Below are positions 10,871 to 20,133 of a stretch of 64,000 nucleotides of DNA, piece by piece. Source of the DNA: Wickerhamiella versatilis. Taxonomy: Eukaryota. The number at the start of each line of letters is the position of its first letter. The first letter of the stretch is position 1. The stretch covers positions 310,001 through 374,000 of the forward strand of contig JAQOWU010000001.1 in assembly GCA_030867685.1 (NCBI GenBank), read 5' to 3'. The notes under the pieces were generated by a model. The model was not told where the DNA came from. It worked only from the letters and a program-made list of their open reading frames with translations, and did not search any database. A program made the translations under genes and the position numbers.

Positions 10871-12145
10871 ATGAGAAGGATCCTGCGAATCCCTCCAGGG
10901 ATCCGGAAAGCGTTGCCCAGAAATTTTGCCACGGTGCATACGACATACGAAGATGAAAAGGTTCTGGCCGAGCTGCGACGAAAGTTGAAAACTCAGTCTG
11001 CATTTGCTCCACCGACGGACATGAGCCCAGAGGTTAGAGCCAAGTTTGACAAAGAGATTGACAATTTCTTACAAGAGTTTGTCTTTGATGTCGACTTAAG
11101 CAAGGAGTATGAAGACCACGTTGCATCAACTTTGAGCCGCTCTTCAGGACTAGAAGCCCTGGAGTCCCCGTTGTATTCTGTGGATGACGAGGATGGAAAC
11201 GTAGCAGGTAGTCGGAGGTTTCCAAACCTGAAACAAACCGAGTTTGATGAACCTTATTCGGAGCAAGAGCTGTTTGTACGACTAGCATTCCACGCTAACC
11301 GCGCAGCTGGTCTTGGTGCACGACCGGGTGCAAATGTGTATCGACCACACGAAGATATCCACCGTCCGCCATCTGTATATAATACCTCAGTGGCTACTCT
11401 AGTTGCTGCAGGTGCCCACCTTGGTCACAATACAAGTCGTGTTAGAGCCAACTGTCTGCCCTATATTGAGGGCACGCGTCAAGGAATTCATATTATTGAC
11501 CTTGAGCAAACTCAGACAGCATTGAGACGAGTCTCTCGTGTTGCTCAAGGTATTAGTGAAAAAGGAGGGATAATATTATTCGTTGGAACTCGTGAGAATC
11601 AGAAACAGGCTGTCGAATCGGCCGCAGAGCGATGTAAGGGCTATTACGTGCATACGAGATGGATCCCAGGTACACTTACGAACTCTAAGATGATTAGCGG
11701 GTCTTGGGAGCGTACTGAGCTTAATATGGGTGACCAAACCACTGGACGTAATCTTGACCAGCACCTTAAACAGACGATTGTGAAGCCTGATCTGGTGGTC
11801 ATTCTAAACCCAGTGGAAAATCGGAACCTACTCAATGAATGCATTGCAATGAGAGTACCCACAACAGGTGTCATAGATACCGACTCGGAGCCAACCTTGG
11901 TTACATATCCGATTCCAGGAAATGACGACTCCCGCCGGTTTACAGATCTTGTTGCTGGTGTACTTTCTCGTGCAGCTCAGCGTGGACGTAGTAATCGGCT
12001 TGGTGACTTTGTTTCTTATACTAGCGCCAAGGGTGTTGCCAAATCTGGAGAGGGATTCAACAAACCGGAGTCGGCAAATTCCACGAAGGATCCAGCGCTT
12101 AAAGGTCTCTCAGATTCAGAGGTGGAGCTAGCCCGATCCTCATAA
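10871..12145 (+). CDS. MRP4: Mitochondrial ribosomal protein uS2m
   Basis: Arg-rich presequence and S2 motifs AGAHLGH, HIIDLEQT, RWIPGTLTN, YPIPGNDDS. Confidence 0.92.
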   Translation: MRRILRIPPGIRKALPRNFATVHTTYEDEKVLAELRRKLKTQSAFAPPTDMSPEVRAKFDKEIDNFLQEFVFDVDLSKEYEDHVASTLSRSSGLEALESPLYSVDDEDGNVAGSRRFPNLKQTEFDEPYSEQELFVRLAFHANRAAGLGARPGANVYRPHEDIHRPPSVYNTSVATLVAAGAHLGHNTSRVRANCLPYIEGTRQGIHIIDLEQTQTALRRVSRVAQGISEKGGIILFVGTRENQKQAVESAAERCKGYYVHTRWIPGTLTNSKMISGSWERTELNMGDQTTGRNLDQHLKQTIVKPDLVVILNPVENRNLLNECIAMRVPTTGVIDTDSEPTLVTYPIPGNDDSRRFTDLVAGVLSRAAQRGRSNRLGDFVSYTSAKGVAKSGEGFNKPESANSTKDPALKGLSDSEVELARSS

Positions 12146-12213
12146 GTACATAGAAAGACAAAAAGAGACTCAAAAGTCTTTTATTCCTAAAACATCCTAT
12201 AAAATCTCAAAAT

Positions 12214-13419
12214 CTATTCGTCATTTGTCTCCACAGGCTCGCCCTCAGAATCCGAGCGCACGTCTTCCTTGACGTTATGCGCTACATAACGGTAAGCCAC
12301 GCGGAAAACAAGGATAAGCCAGTAAAGATTTACTAGCTGCAACGCCAAAAGAAGACCAAAGGTAATTACCTGCGAGATCCAGCATTTATATTGCTGGGTC
12401 TCCCAATTAAGGTCAAAGGGTCCAACTGTCCGGAATTCGGTAAGTATAGACCAGAGAATGCGCAGATTAAGATAGTGCCTCAGGTATATCCACATAGCAA
12501 CAAAAAGGAAAAAGAACGGAACCACAGCAGGAGACTCTATGTAGTTCAGCAGCTTCGACAACGCCAGGAAAAAGTCGCTGACGTCCATCGTAATATATAC
12601 AGCCAGCCCAATATGTGTGAAATGAAACCTATAGGAAGTCCAGATGAGAACAACAGTAACGAGATGATGGAATACAAGTTCCTTAAAGTCTCGTCGTCTC
12701 TTTTCTAGATGCAAGCTGAGTACCAAGAGCTGTTGAACCCAAAACGAAGCCTGGAGCATGTAGAAGCTTTTAAACCAGATATCGTGTGTTTTATGTGGAA
12801 AATCCTCATAGAATCCTAGTGTACGAAAGTACCATAGTTCGGGAGACTTGTACTTCATAATGAATAAACCCAAAGGTCCCATTATCCCATAGTAAAGTAA
12901 ACTGTATGCCTGCTCAAGGAATCTGGAGACCTTGTGACGGGAGTGGAGGCCAAAAAAGTGCGCAAACGGCGGAAGAATCACGCCAACACAGAACTCACGC
13001 AGGAAAGTGAATACCACTACGTAGAATCCGAGAAACGCAAAATCACGCGGGCCTTTACCATATTGAGTGGGGCTAGTTCCAGGTAGTGGATAGCTCACTT
13101 TGACCAAAGCATTCAACCAATGAGAGGGATCATCCCGCGCGACCAAAAACCACCACGAAACTACTACCAGGCCAATAACTAACGCAGGAGACCATGGATA
13201 TCGCTTCAAGAATTTCCTCCAACTGAAAGGTTTTTTCTGCTGTGTACTTTTGATATCTTTAATTGGCTTGGTGCTCGCAGACGTACCGGGCGTGCCCTTC
13301 CGGTTTTTCAAGTCCTTTTGTTCTCTTAGCCCACTTGCCAGAATGGCTCCCTGTGAATCTCCAAGTTCAAATCTGCCGATACTGTAACGACGACGGTTTT
13401 CCCCGCTTTCCCCAGGCAT
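12214..13419 (-). CDS. LAG1: Ceramide synthase (Lag1/Lac1 type)
   Basis: Lag1p motif RRDFKELVFHH...MDVSDFFL, plus QYKCWISQ and C-terminal DVRSDSE. Confidence 0.9.
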   Translation of the reverse strand: MPGESGENRRRYSIGRFELGDSQGAILASGLREQKDLKNRKGTPGTSASTKPIKDIKSTQQKKPFSWRKFLKRYPWSPALVIGLVVVSWWFLVARDDPSHWLNALVKVSYPLPGTSPTQYGKGPRDFAFLGFYVVVFTFLREFCVGVILPPFAHFFGLHSRHKVSRFLEQAYSLLYYGIMGPLGLFIMKYKSPELWYFRTLGFYEDFPHKTHDIWFKSFYMLQASFWVQQLLVLSLHLEKRRRDFKELVFHHLVTVVLIWTSYRFHFTHIGLAVYITMDVSDFFLALSKLLNYIESPAVVPFFFLFVAMWIYLRHYLNLRILWSILTEFRTVGPFDLNWETQQYKCWISQVITFGLLLALQLVNLYWLILVFRVAYRYVAHNVKEDVRSDSEGEPVETNDE

Positions 13420-13999
13420 TATCTCCTACACCGGGCTTCCTCTTGTACACAAACTTCCACAATTTGTAATCGAGATCTCGCGTCTTTCACTGTATTCGCA
13501 AGTATGAGGGTTTGGGGAATTATACCACAACTGAAGTGGACTCCAGCTTAATTATTTTAAAAGAGTGTGGTACAATTCAACACCTCAATTTGTGTGACTT
13601 TAGGCATTGGTTAGGTTATCACCACCTGATTTATTGTGCGGGTATCAAGCTACTACCAACAAGAATAAATGAGTAAATGAAATTTAATAAAGTGCAAACA
13701 AGTCTTTAAACCAGGCCTATGGATATCTGCTTTCTAAAACAAAGCATCTTTCGCCCGGCCTCAACAACCACTAAAATGAGATAAGAATCATTGGGACATT
13801 TGAGCATCTAAGACGCTAGCCTTCCAAATACCGAATTCCGGCATTTAGGCATTGACTACCCGAGGATTCCATCATAAGTTAAGAAAATAAAACTAGTTTC
13901 ACGTCATAATACTGGGAAAATTGTTATTTATGCAACAAATAGGCAACGCCACTTACTAGTGGCTTGGCTTGGTAAACCTTTCTAAGCAACCCCAAGGCA

Positions 14000-15835
14000 A
14001 TGGGACTGTTCGGTGGTGGCGAGAAGTCATCTCCGATTGAGAAAGCAGTTTATAAAGCTACGGATGAGACTCTCACCCGTGAGAATTGGGGACTTATAAT
14101 AGAAGTTTGCAATCTGGTCAATGACAATCCAGAAGCCGGTGTGCGAGACTCAATGTCGGCAATACGCAAGCGTCTCGAAGTAAAGAATGGAAACGTGCAA
14201 CTGTATGCATTAACTTTGATGAATGCTTTGGCGCAGAACTGTGGTTCTATGATGCATCGTGAGGTGGCTAGTTCGACAACTCTCCAGCTGCTGGAGCGCA
14301 TCGGGTTAAGTCATTCAACCTACCGCGCAGTTCGTACACGACTCATTGAGATACTTGGACAGTTAGCCGATCAATTTGAGTCTGATCCGTCCCTGCGACA
14401 AGTACGGGTATGTTACGAACGCATCACGAAGGCTTTTCCTCAGGGTTCAGGCGAGGCCACGCATAGGCAACAAGCCCAAAAACAACACACGCAACAACAA
14501 GCCCCTGTGGCTGATGATGATGACGATGAAGACCTCAAGCTTGCTCTAGAATTATCGCTAAAAGAAGCAAATTCAGGACAGCCACCAGCTGTTGAAATAG
14601 AGCACGCGGCTGATGAGCCTTCGACTGTGGCACAAGCTCCACAAGGTTCAGGACAAAGATTCGTTCGTGCTTTGTATGATTTTGCCGCTACCGAACCGGG
14701 GGAGCTCAGCTTCCAGGCAGGAGATGTGATCGAGGTGGTGGACAGCGTCTATCGCGACTGGTGGCGAGGTGAATTGCATGGAAATCTGGGTATATTTCCT
14801 GTTAATTATGTTGAAAAAATTGAGAAACCTGAGCCCTCTTACGAGGAGGCACCTCAAGATGTACAAGACGAGGCTTATATATTTGCGCGAGTACCGACTG
14901 TTGAGAAACTTCTTTCGATATTTTCCACTGCCGCGCAGCATCCAGGTTATGGAATACTGGAGAATAAGGATGTACAAGAGCTATATCGTGAGGTTACTGC
15001 TATGCGACCACGGCTAATTCAACTAATAGATGAGTATTCAAGAAGGAAGAAAGTTCTTTTGGATCTCAATGAAAAGTTGACCTCGGCACGACGCGCATAC
15101 GAAGGACTCATCCAGGGTGCACTTGCTCCTGCTAATCATGTGCAGCAGCCTATCACCTCGACCCACACGGGACCTGACTCTGTGTATAGTCGTTCAAGCG
15201 TTTCGTCATATCCAGAATTGCCTGTAGAAAGCCCAGGGCCACAGCCTTCTTATTGGTCGAACGCAGCACATCCTGCACCAGTTAATCCCTATAATAATGG
15301 AAGAACACATTATAGTGCGGGATTTAGCCAACCGTCTGCTCCTAATATGGTACCAGCAGAAGACCGGCGTGCGTCTTATTTTCACCATGTCGCCCCCGGT
15401 GGCCCGACATATCACGAACCTAAAAAGTCTCAAACATTCAGTTCATATGGAGGTAGCTCCGTCGCATCAGACCAGCCCGCTGTTCGAGCAGACCATATAG
15501 TGTCGCCATCAGACACGCCAACTTGGGGCCATGATGCCCCTGAACAATCACCTGGTCAACATCAGTACTCTCAACCTTATACGAGATGGTCAGGGTCACA
15601 ACAATACCAGCCACAGCCTTTCGATGGCTATACAGAATTACCTGCCAGCTCAAGCAATTACACAGTGAGCAATCCTTCAGGTGAGTATTCTCATTATCGA
15701 GTTCCACCCGCTGGTACAGCTATTCCAAGTCCAAACGCCCATGGCACGAGCACGCGCACCCACACCCGCCTGCCTTACCCGGATAAATCCCTCGATGTCT
15801 CAGCCCCCCCAGCACCATCAGCTCCAAACTACTAA
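14000..15835 (+). CDS. HSE1: ESCRT-0 subunit Hse1 (VHS-UIM-SH3-GAT, Pro/Ser/Tyr-rich tail)
   Basis: VHS (KATDETLTRENW), UIM (EDLKLALELSLKE), SH3 (VRALYDF...GIFPVNYV). Confidence 0.93.
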   Translation: MGLFGGGEKSSPIEKAVYKATDETLTRENWGLIIEVCNLVNDNPEAGVRDSMSAIRKRLEVKNGNVQLYALTLMNALAQNCGSMMHREVASSTTLQLLERIGLSHSTYRAVRTRLIEILGQLADQFESDPSLRQVRVCYERITKAFPQGSGEATHRQQAQKQHTQQQAPVADDDDDEDLKLALELSLKEANSGQPPAVEIEHAADEPSTVAQAPQGSGQRFVRALYDFAATEPGELSFQAGDVIEVVDSVYRDWWRGELHGNLGIFPVNYVEKIEKPEPSYEEAPQDVQDEAYIFARVPTVEKLLSIFSTAAQHPGYGILENKDVQELYREVTAMRPRLIQLIDEYSRRKKVLLDLNEKLTSARRAYEGLIQGALAPANHVQQPITSTHTGPDSVYSRSSVSSYPELPVESPGPQPSYWSNAAHPAPVNPYNNGRTHYSAGFSQPSAPNMVPAEDRRASYFHHVAPGGPTYHEPKKSQTFSSYGGSSVASDQPAVRADHIVSPSDTPTWGHDAPEQSPGQHQYSQPYTRWSGSQQYQPQPFDGYTELPASSSNYTVSNPSGEYSHYRVPPAGTAIPSPNAHGTSTRTHTRLPYPDKSLDVSAPPAPSAPNY

Positions 15836-15962
15836 TTCCATGAGCATTCTGTATTCAGGCTTATTATTTGAAGAACATTGTAACGTATAAATCTAGCATA
15901 GACTACAATTGACCTCATGAAGAATTGAATTTAAGCGTCGATCCATCACGGTTTGGTTACTA

Positions 15963-16232
15963 ATGGAAAACCAGAATGACCAGCGTTTGAGCGCATTGGC
16001 TGGCAAGCTGTCCTCGATAAGAGAGGTTACAAATGATATATATACGCATGCGTCTGATCAGGGAATGCTTGACAGCGCTACAAACTCATTCAGCCAGATG
16101 TTGGGCTCTATTAAGAGCAGTGGAACCCGACTAGCACGAGCAGCTCAATCCGGACACCCCGTGATCAAAACTGTGGGTCTAGCCATTTCAATAATATTTA
16201 TCGTTTACCTTCTTGTCCACTTTTTCTGGTAA
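15963..16232 (+). CDS. SFT1: Golgi Qc-SNARE Sft1/Bet1-like
   Basis: 89 aa with a SNARE coil (ENQNDQRLSALAGKL) and C-terminal TM anchor. Syntenic with LAC1/CAP1 as recalled for S. cerevisiae. Confidence 0.8.
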   Translation: MENQNDQRLSALAGKLSSIREVTNDIYTHASDQGMLDSATNSFSQMLGSIKSSGTRLARAAQSGHPVIKTVGLAISIIFIVYLLVHFFW

Positions 16233-16512
16233 AGCGGTCCTGTTACCATATCATCGCACGCAGATAAGCTACTCGGAAAGGTTAACCAGAGAAGCAAGTT
16301 ATCACCATACAAACAACATTAGTATCTCTTTCTTTTTACAGCGGATATTGCAGTTAATCCGAATAAACTAAAAAATAAATATGTTTCAAAACGCCTAGTA
16401 TTTAAAGCTCAGAAAAACAGTCGTGGCAGTTCACTTAGTTTTGGCGATAATCCACTTGGAATAGTAACTTGCCACGCCTGTCTTCTTTTACCCCCGCCTT
16501 TTCTTTGCCTTG

Positions 16513-16998
16513 TCAGATAGATCGAGCCACGTCTGGCGTTGCTATTTGATCACGTTCAAGCCGCTCTATCAACGCCTTTCTCATTTGAAGTTGTGCAATT
16601 AACGCTCGTTTACGAGACTGCAGAACTGCATATGTGTCTCTATAAGCCACCATACGCTCATGATAGTCCTCAGTTATTTCTGCTTGAGTGGAATCCCACT
16701 GGCTCCGGGCATTTATCAATGCATTTTTCACAACTTCTACAGTCTCATCAGCCTCATTCGCATATTCATCTGCCTGAAGCCGGTAATACTCAACCATCTG
16801 GAGCTTCATCTTCATATCCAGTGTCTCCTGTAGTTCATTAATGTTGCCCTCATTGCGCAAGGCTTCTTCCTGTGCAGCCTGAATAGCGCTGGAGGGCATG
16901 TCCTCAGCCGCAGCTGCTAATCGTTCACTTTCATCTGTTCGCTGCCTTATTGCCAGTGTCAGCTCACCCATCAGTCTGGTGAGTGCACTATGCTCCAT
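16513..16998 (-). CDS. Hypothetical coiled-coil protein
   Basis: 161-aa ATG-initiated ORF with E/Q/A/R-rich heptad character; no family recognised. Confidence 0.6.
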   Translation of the reverse strand: MEHSALTRLMGELTLAIRQRTDESERLAAAAEDMPSSAIQAAQEEALRNEGNINELQETLDMKMKLQMVEYYRLQADEYANEADETVEVVKNALINARSQWDSTQAEITEDYHERMVAYRDTYAVLQSRKRALIAQLQMRKALIERLERDQIATPDVARSI

Positions 16999-17135
16999 TT
17001 CGGCAAAGAGGCAGCGGCGTAACGTAATCCACCTAATGCATAATAGCCCTTACGAGTTTCTTTGATTATTTTATGGCAATACTATTATTGATAACTTATT
17101 AGTCTGGAAGAAACCTAACAGAGGTGGGGAAGCAA

Positions 17136-17729
17136 TTACTTTTGTTTGACTTCCTGTACATAGGGACAATTATCAAAATGACGTTTAAGGGTATCTCTTC
17201 GAGAATATTTTTGGTAGCAAAAACAACATGAGAAGGGTTTTTTCGGGCCCATGTGGGATGGTGCATGCCTTTGTAGTGAATCTGAACGATCAGGTAGTAC
17301 TTCCTCACACATTGAACATACCCTGTTGCCTTGTATGTCTTTCCTAGCTTTCAATCCAAAGTTATTGATCCTGCTTTTGTACTCTTCAACCTGATTAGCA
17401 AGGGAATTATGGAATTGCTGACGACATTCCTGCATTGCGAGTTTCTGCGATTGTCGTAGATGCCCTGGTCTATTTGTGAAATTATGCGCGCCAGCACTTC
17501 TTCGATTAAGAACTGAAGAATGGGGCGAAAGTGATTTTGGCGCAGGATGTAGAAGAGGTACTGGAAGCGATTGTGTTTGGGGAAGCCATAACTGCTGCTG
17601 TAGAAAAGAAGGAAATTCATGAGGAAGCTGGGGCATTGAGATACCAGGTGAGAGCAAACAAAAACCTGGAGTTACGGTTGGAGATGGCAGAAAAAACAAT
17701 GCAGATACGGGACTAGTTGGACTTGTCAT
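17136..17729 (-). CDS. Small C2H2/C2HC zinc-finger transcription factor
   Basis: CSMC...RSDSLQRHAPSH, linker GPKKPF, CCFC...SRRDTLKRHFDNC; P/S/Q-rich N-terminus; TATA near 17767. Confidence 0.75.
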   Translation of the reverse strand: MTSPTSPVSALFFLPSPTVTPGFCLLSPGISMPQLPHEFPSFLQQQLWLPQTQSLPVPLLHPAPKSLSPHSSVLNRRSAGAHNFTNRPGHLRQSQKLAMQECRQQFHNSLANQVEEYKSRINNFGLKARKDIQGNRVCSMCEEVLPDRSDSLQRHAPSHMGPKKPFSCCFCYQKYSRRDTLKRHFDNCPYVQEVKQK

Positions 17730-17940
17730 GACAAAATGGTTAAGCTGGTGGGTTTAACATTATTTGTATATATATGAGTTTCTGATCCACCAGATTATGT
17801 AAACCATGCATGCTTCTCCATATATTGAACAACTACAATAGCTAAAGCCAAATGTAGCTCTCTCAGTGTAAAAATTTTGTCTTAAAATTATGGCTAGTCA
17901 AATATTGGAATAGGAATATGGAATCATGGTTCTACACAAT

Positions 17941-18690
17941 CTACCTGCCTTCCAATTCAGCCCCTAGCTTGTAATTGGCCACGGCCGTACTCCAGTTCAT
18001 TTGGGTTCTTGTCATAGGCAGCTGTCTTCTCAATGCTTTAAAGGCACCTTCGTTAAGTCCAACGAGGCGTTTGTTTAACCCAATCTCAAACTCGTTCTCA
18101 GCTTTGCAAATTGCTGCAATGGGACTGCTTGAAGAAGTATCAACGTCGTGTCCCGCTTTCAGTCGAACATTGCCATCTTCGAAATAATGTACATCAACGA
18201 AAATACTTCCTTTCACAGACTCACCATTCACAAGATAGGATGCAGTCCACTGTCCATTGTGGAAATTATGGGGACTCAGTTTACGCCCCACAACAATTAA
18301 TGCTACTCCATCATCCGTGTCAAATGCTTCTGAGACAGTCCCAGAGATGTAATGGTCAGCAACATAATCGTCGAACTCCTTTTTAAGACTTGCTGCCACC
18401 AAGGGGCTATGCTCCCCTATTACCTCAGTTTTTCCTGTGCTCGGGTCTACTGTGAATTTCTTTGAACCTGTGAAATACTCGCCAGTTCCCAGTTTATTAT
18501 ACTTAGACAGGATTGTAGGTTTTCCCTCAACTTGCACAACACGTAGCATTCGCGGGTTGGTTTCCTCTAGCTCGTTCGCGATATCACGTTTAACCGCAGT
18601 ACTACCTCCGCAGAGGGTCTCAATATCTCTACGTATCGCATCGAGTTCACCTGGAGGGGAATCTCTCACGAGCTCTGCCAAAGCCGACAT
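17941..18690 (-). CDS. CAP1: F-actin capping protein alpha subunit
   Basis: DSPPGEL, VDVHYFEDGNVRL, FKALRRQLPMTR. Confidence 0.93.
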   Translation of the reverse strand: MSALAELVRDSPPGELDAIRRDIETLCGGSTAVKRDIANELEETNPRMLRVVQVEGKPTILSKYNKLGTGEYFTGSKKFTVDPSTGKTEVIGEHSPLVAASLKKEFDDYVADHYISGTVSEAFDTDDGVALIVVGRKLSPHNFHNGQWTASYLVNGESVKGSIFVDVHYFEDGNVRLKAGHDVDTSSSSPIAAICKAENEFEIGLNKRLVGLNEGAFKALRRQLPMTRTQMNWSTAVANYKLGAELEGR

Positions 18691-18729
18691 TGTAATACGT
18701 AAGCTCCTCTGCACTGTATTGTTGTTTAC

Positions 18730-19836
18730 ATGGAATATGCCAATCAGCCGCTTGTCCTAGACAATGGATCCGGCACTCTGAAGGCCGGGTTTTCGGGAGA
18801 ATCGGCGCCTAAAACTTCAATTTATAACTTCGTTGGGCAACCAAAGCATGAAAGATCTATGGTTGGGGCTTTGGAAGGAGAGCATCTCATAGGAGCAGAT
18901 GCTGATACTAATAGAGGCTTGCTTAGGTTGCGCTATCCCATGAAACATGGTATTGTAGAGCACTGGGATGACATGGAACGCGTATGGTATTATTTGTACG
19001 AAAGAGAACTCGCCATCTCCTCTGAGGATCATCCTGTGCTACTCACTGAGGCACCTCTAAATCCCAAGCAGAATCGATTGAAAGCAGCAGAAATATTCTT
19101 TGAGACATTCAATGTGCCGGCCTTATATTTTAGCATACAGGCAGTTCTTTCTCTTTACGCCTCTGGAAAGACCACTGGTTTGGTATTGGATTGCGGGGAT
19201 GGCGTCACACACTCTGTGCCCGTTTTCAAAGGTTTCTCAATTAGCTCCGCAATCAAACGCTCTGATGTCGCGGGCCGGGATGTTACAGAATTCTTGCAGC
19301 TCCTTCTAAGAAAGCAAGGGATAAAACTGACGACTTCCGCTGAGCGGGAGATCGTTCGTGAAATCAAGGAATATTGCTGTAGCGTTGGATCCAAAAACAC
19401 TACCACTAATACTAATGAACCCCAAGTCAAGACATATACCCTCCCGGATGGCCAAAAAATTTCCCTTGGGGAAGAGCTAACGAGAGCACCTGAGGTACTA
19501 TTTCGGCCACTTATTATTGGTTCTGAGGATTTGGGGTGCCATGAACTGTTGGAAGAGTCGATTGCTAGAACCGATATGGACTTACGCAGTGGGCTTTATC
19601 AAAATGTTGTCCTGAGCGGCGGGTCAACTTTCTTAAAGATGTTCCCACAAAGGGTTCTTGAAGAACTCAAACAAATTGCACCACCATCAACCAAGCTGCG
19701 TATATTCTCACCACCAGATCGTAAAATAAGCCCGTGGATTGGAGGGTCAATTTTAGCCGGATTGTCTACCTTCCGGTCACTATGGGTCACTTCTGATGAA
19801 TGGCAGGAGCGTCCTGATATGATTTTTCGGATATAA
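18730..19836 (+). CDS. ARP1: Actin-related protein 1 (centractin, dynactin filament)
   Basis: NQPLVLDNGSGTLKAGF, RGLLRLRYPMKHGIV, WIGGSILAGLSTFR (centractin-type rather than conventional actin). Confidence 0.9.
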   Translation: MEYANQPLVLDNGSGTLKAGFSGESAPKTSIYNFVGQPKHERSMVGALEGEHLIGADADTNRGLLRLRYPMKHGIVEHWDDMERVWYYLYERELAISSEDHPVLLTEAPLNPKQNRLKAAEIFFETFNVPALYFSIQAVLSLYASGKTTGLVLDCGDGVTHSVPVFKGFSISSAIKRSDVAGRDVTEFLQLLLRKQGIKLTTSAEREIVREIKEYCCSVGSKNTTTNTNEPQVKTYTLPDGQKISLGEELTRAPEVLFRPLIIGSEDLGCHELLEESIARTDMDLRSGLYQNVVLSGGSTFLKMFPQRVLEELKQIAPPSTKLRIFSPPDRKISPWIGGSILAGLSTFRSLWVTSDEWQERPDMIFRI

Positions 19837-20133
19837 TGATATTATGATAGTGTATTAAGACTTTACCTATTTGGATTCAGTTGAAAGAGATCTATTGGTG
19901 TTCGTTTGGTACCCTGAATTACAGTACAGTAGTAGTATCCCAGCCCTCTCTCCGCTCTGTCACTCAATCAATAAGATAAATTCACTTACTTAGTTAATTC
20001 TGCTATAAAGACTGGCATTCACTTCAAAACTTTAAAGCATTTCAGCGCTACTAAGACATCTTGTGCCAATATAGTATGCAAATCAAGCATGAGCAAGTTA
20101 CGAGTAACTGTATTATGGCCTTCTCTCCACATC

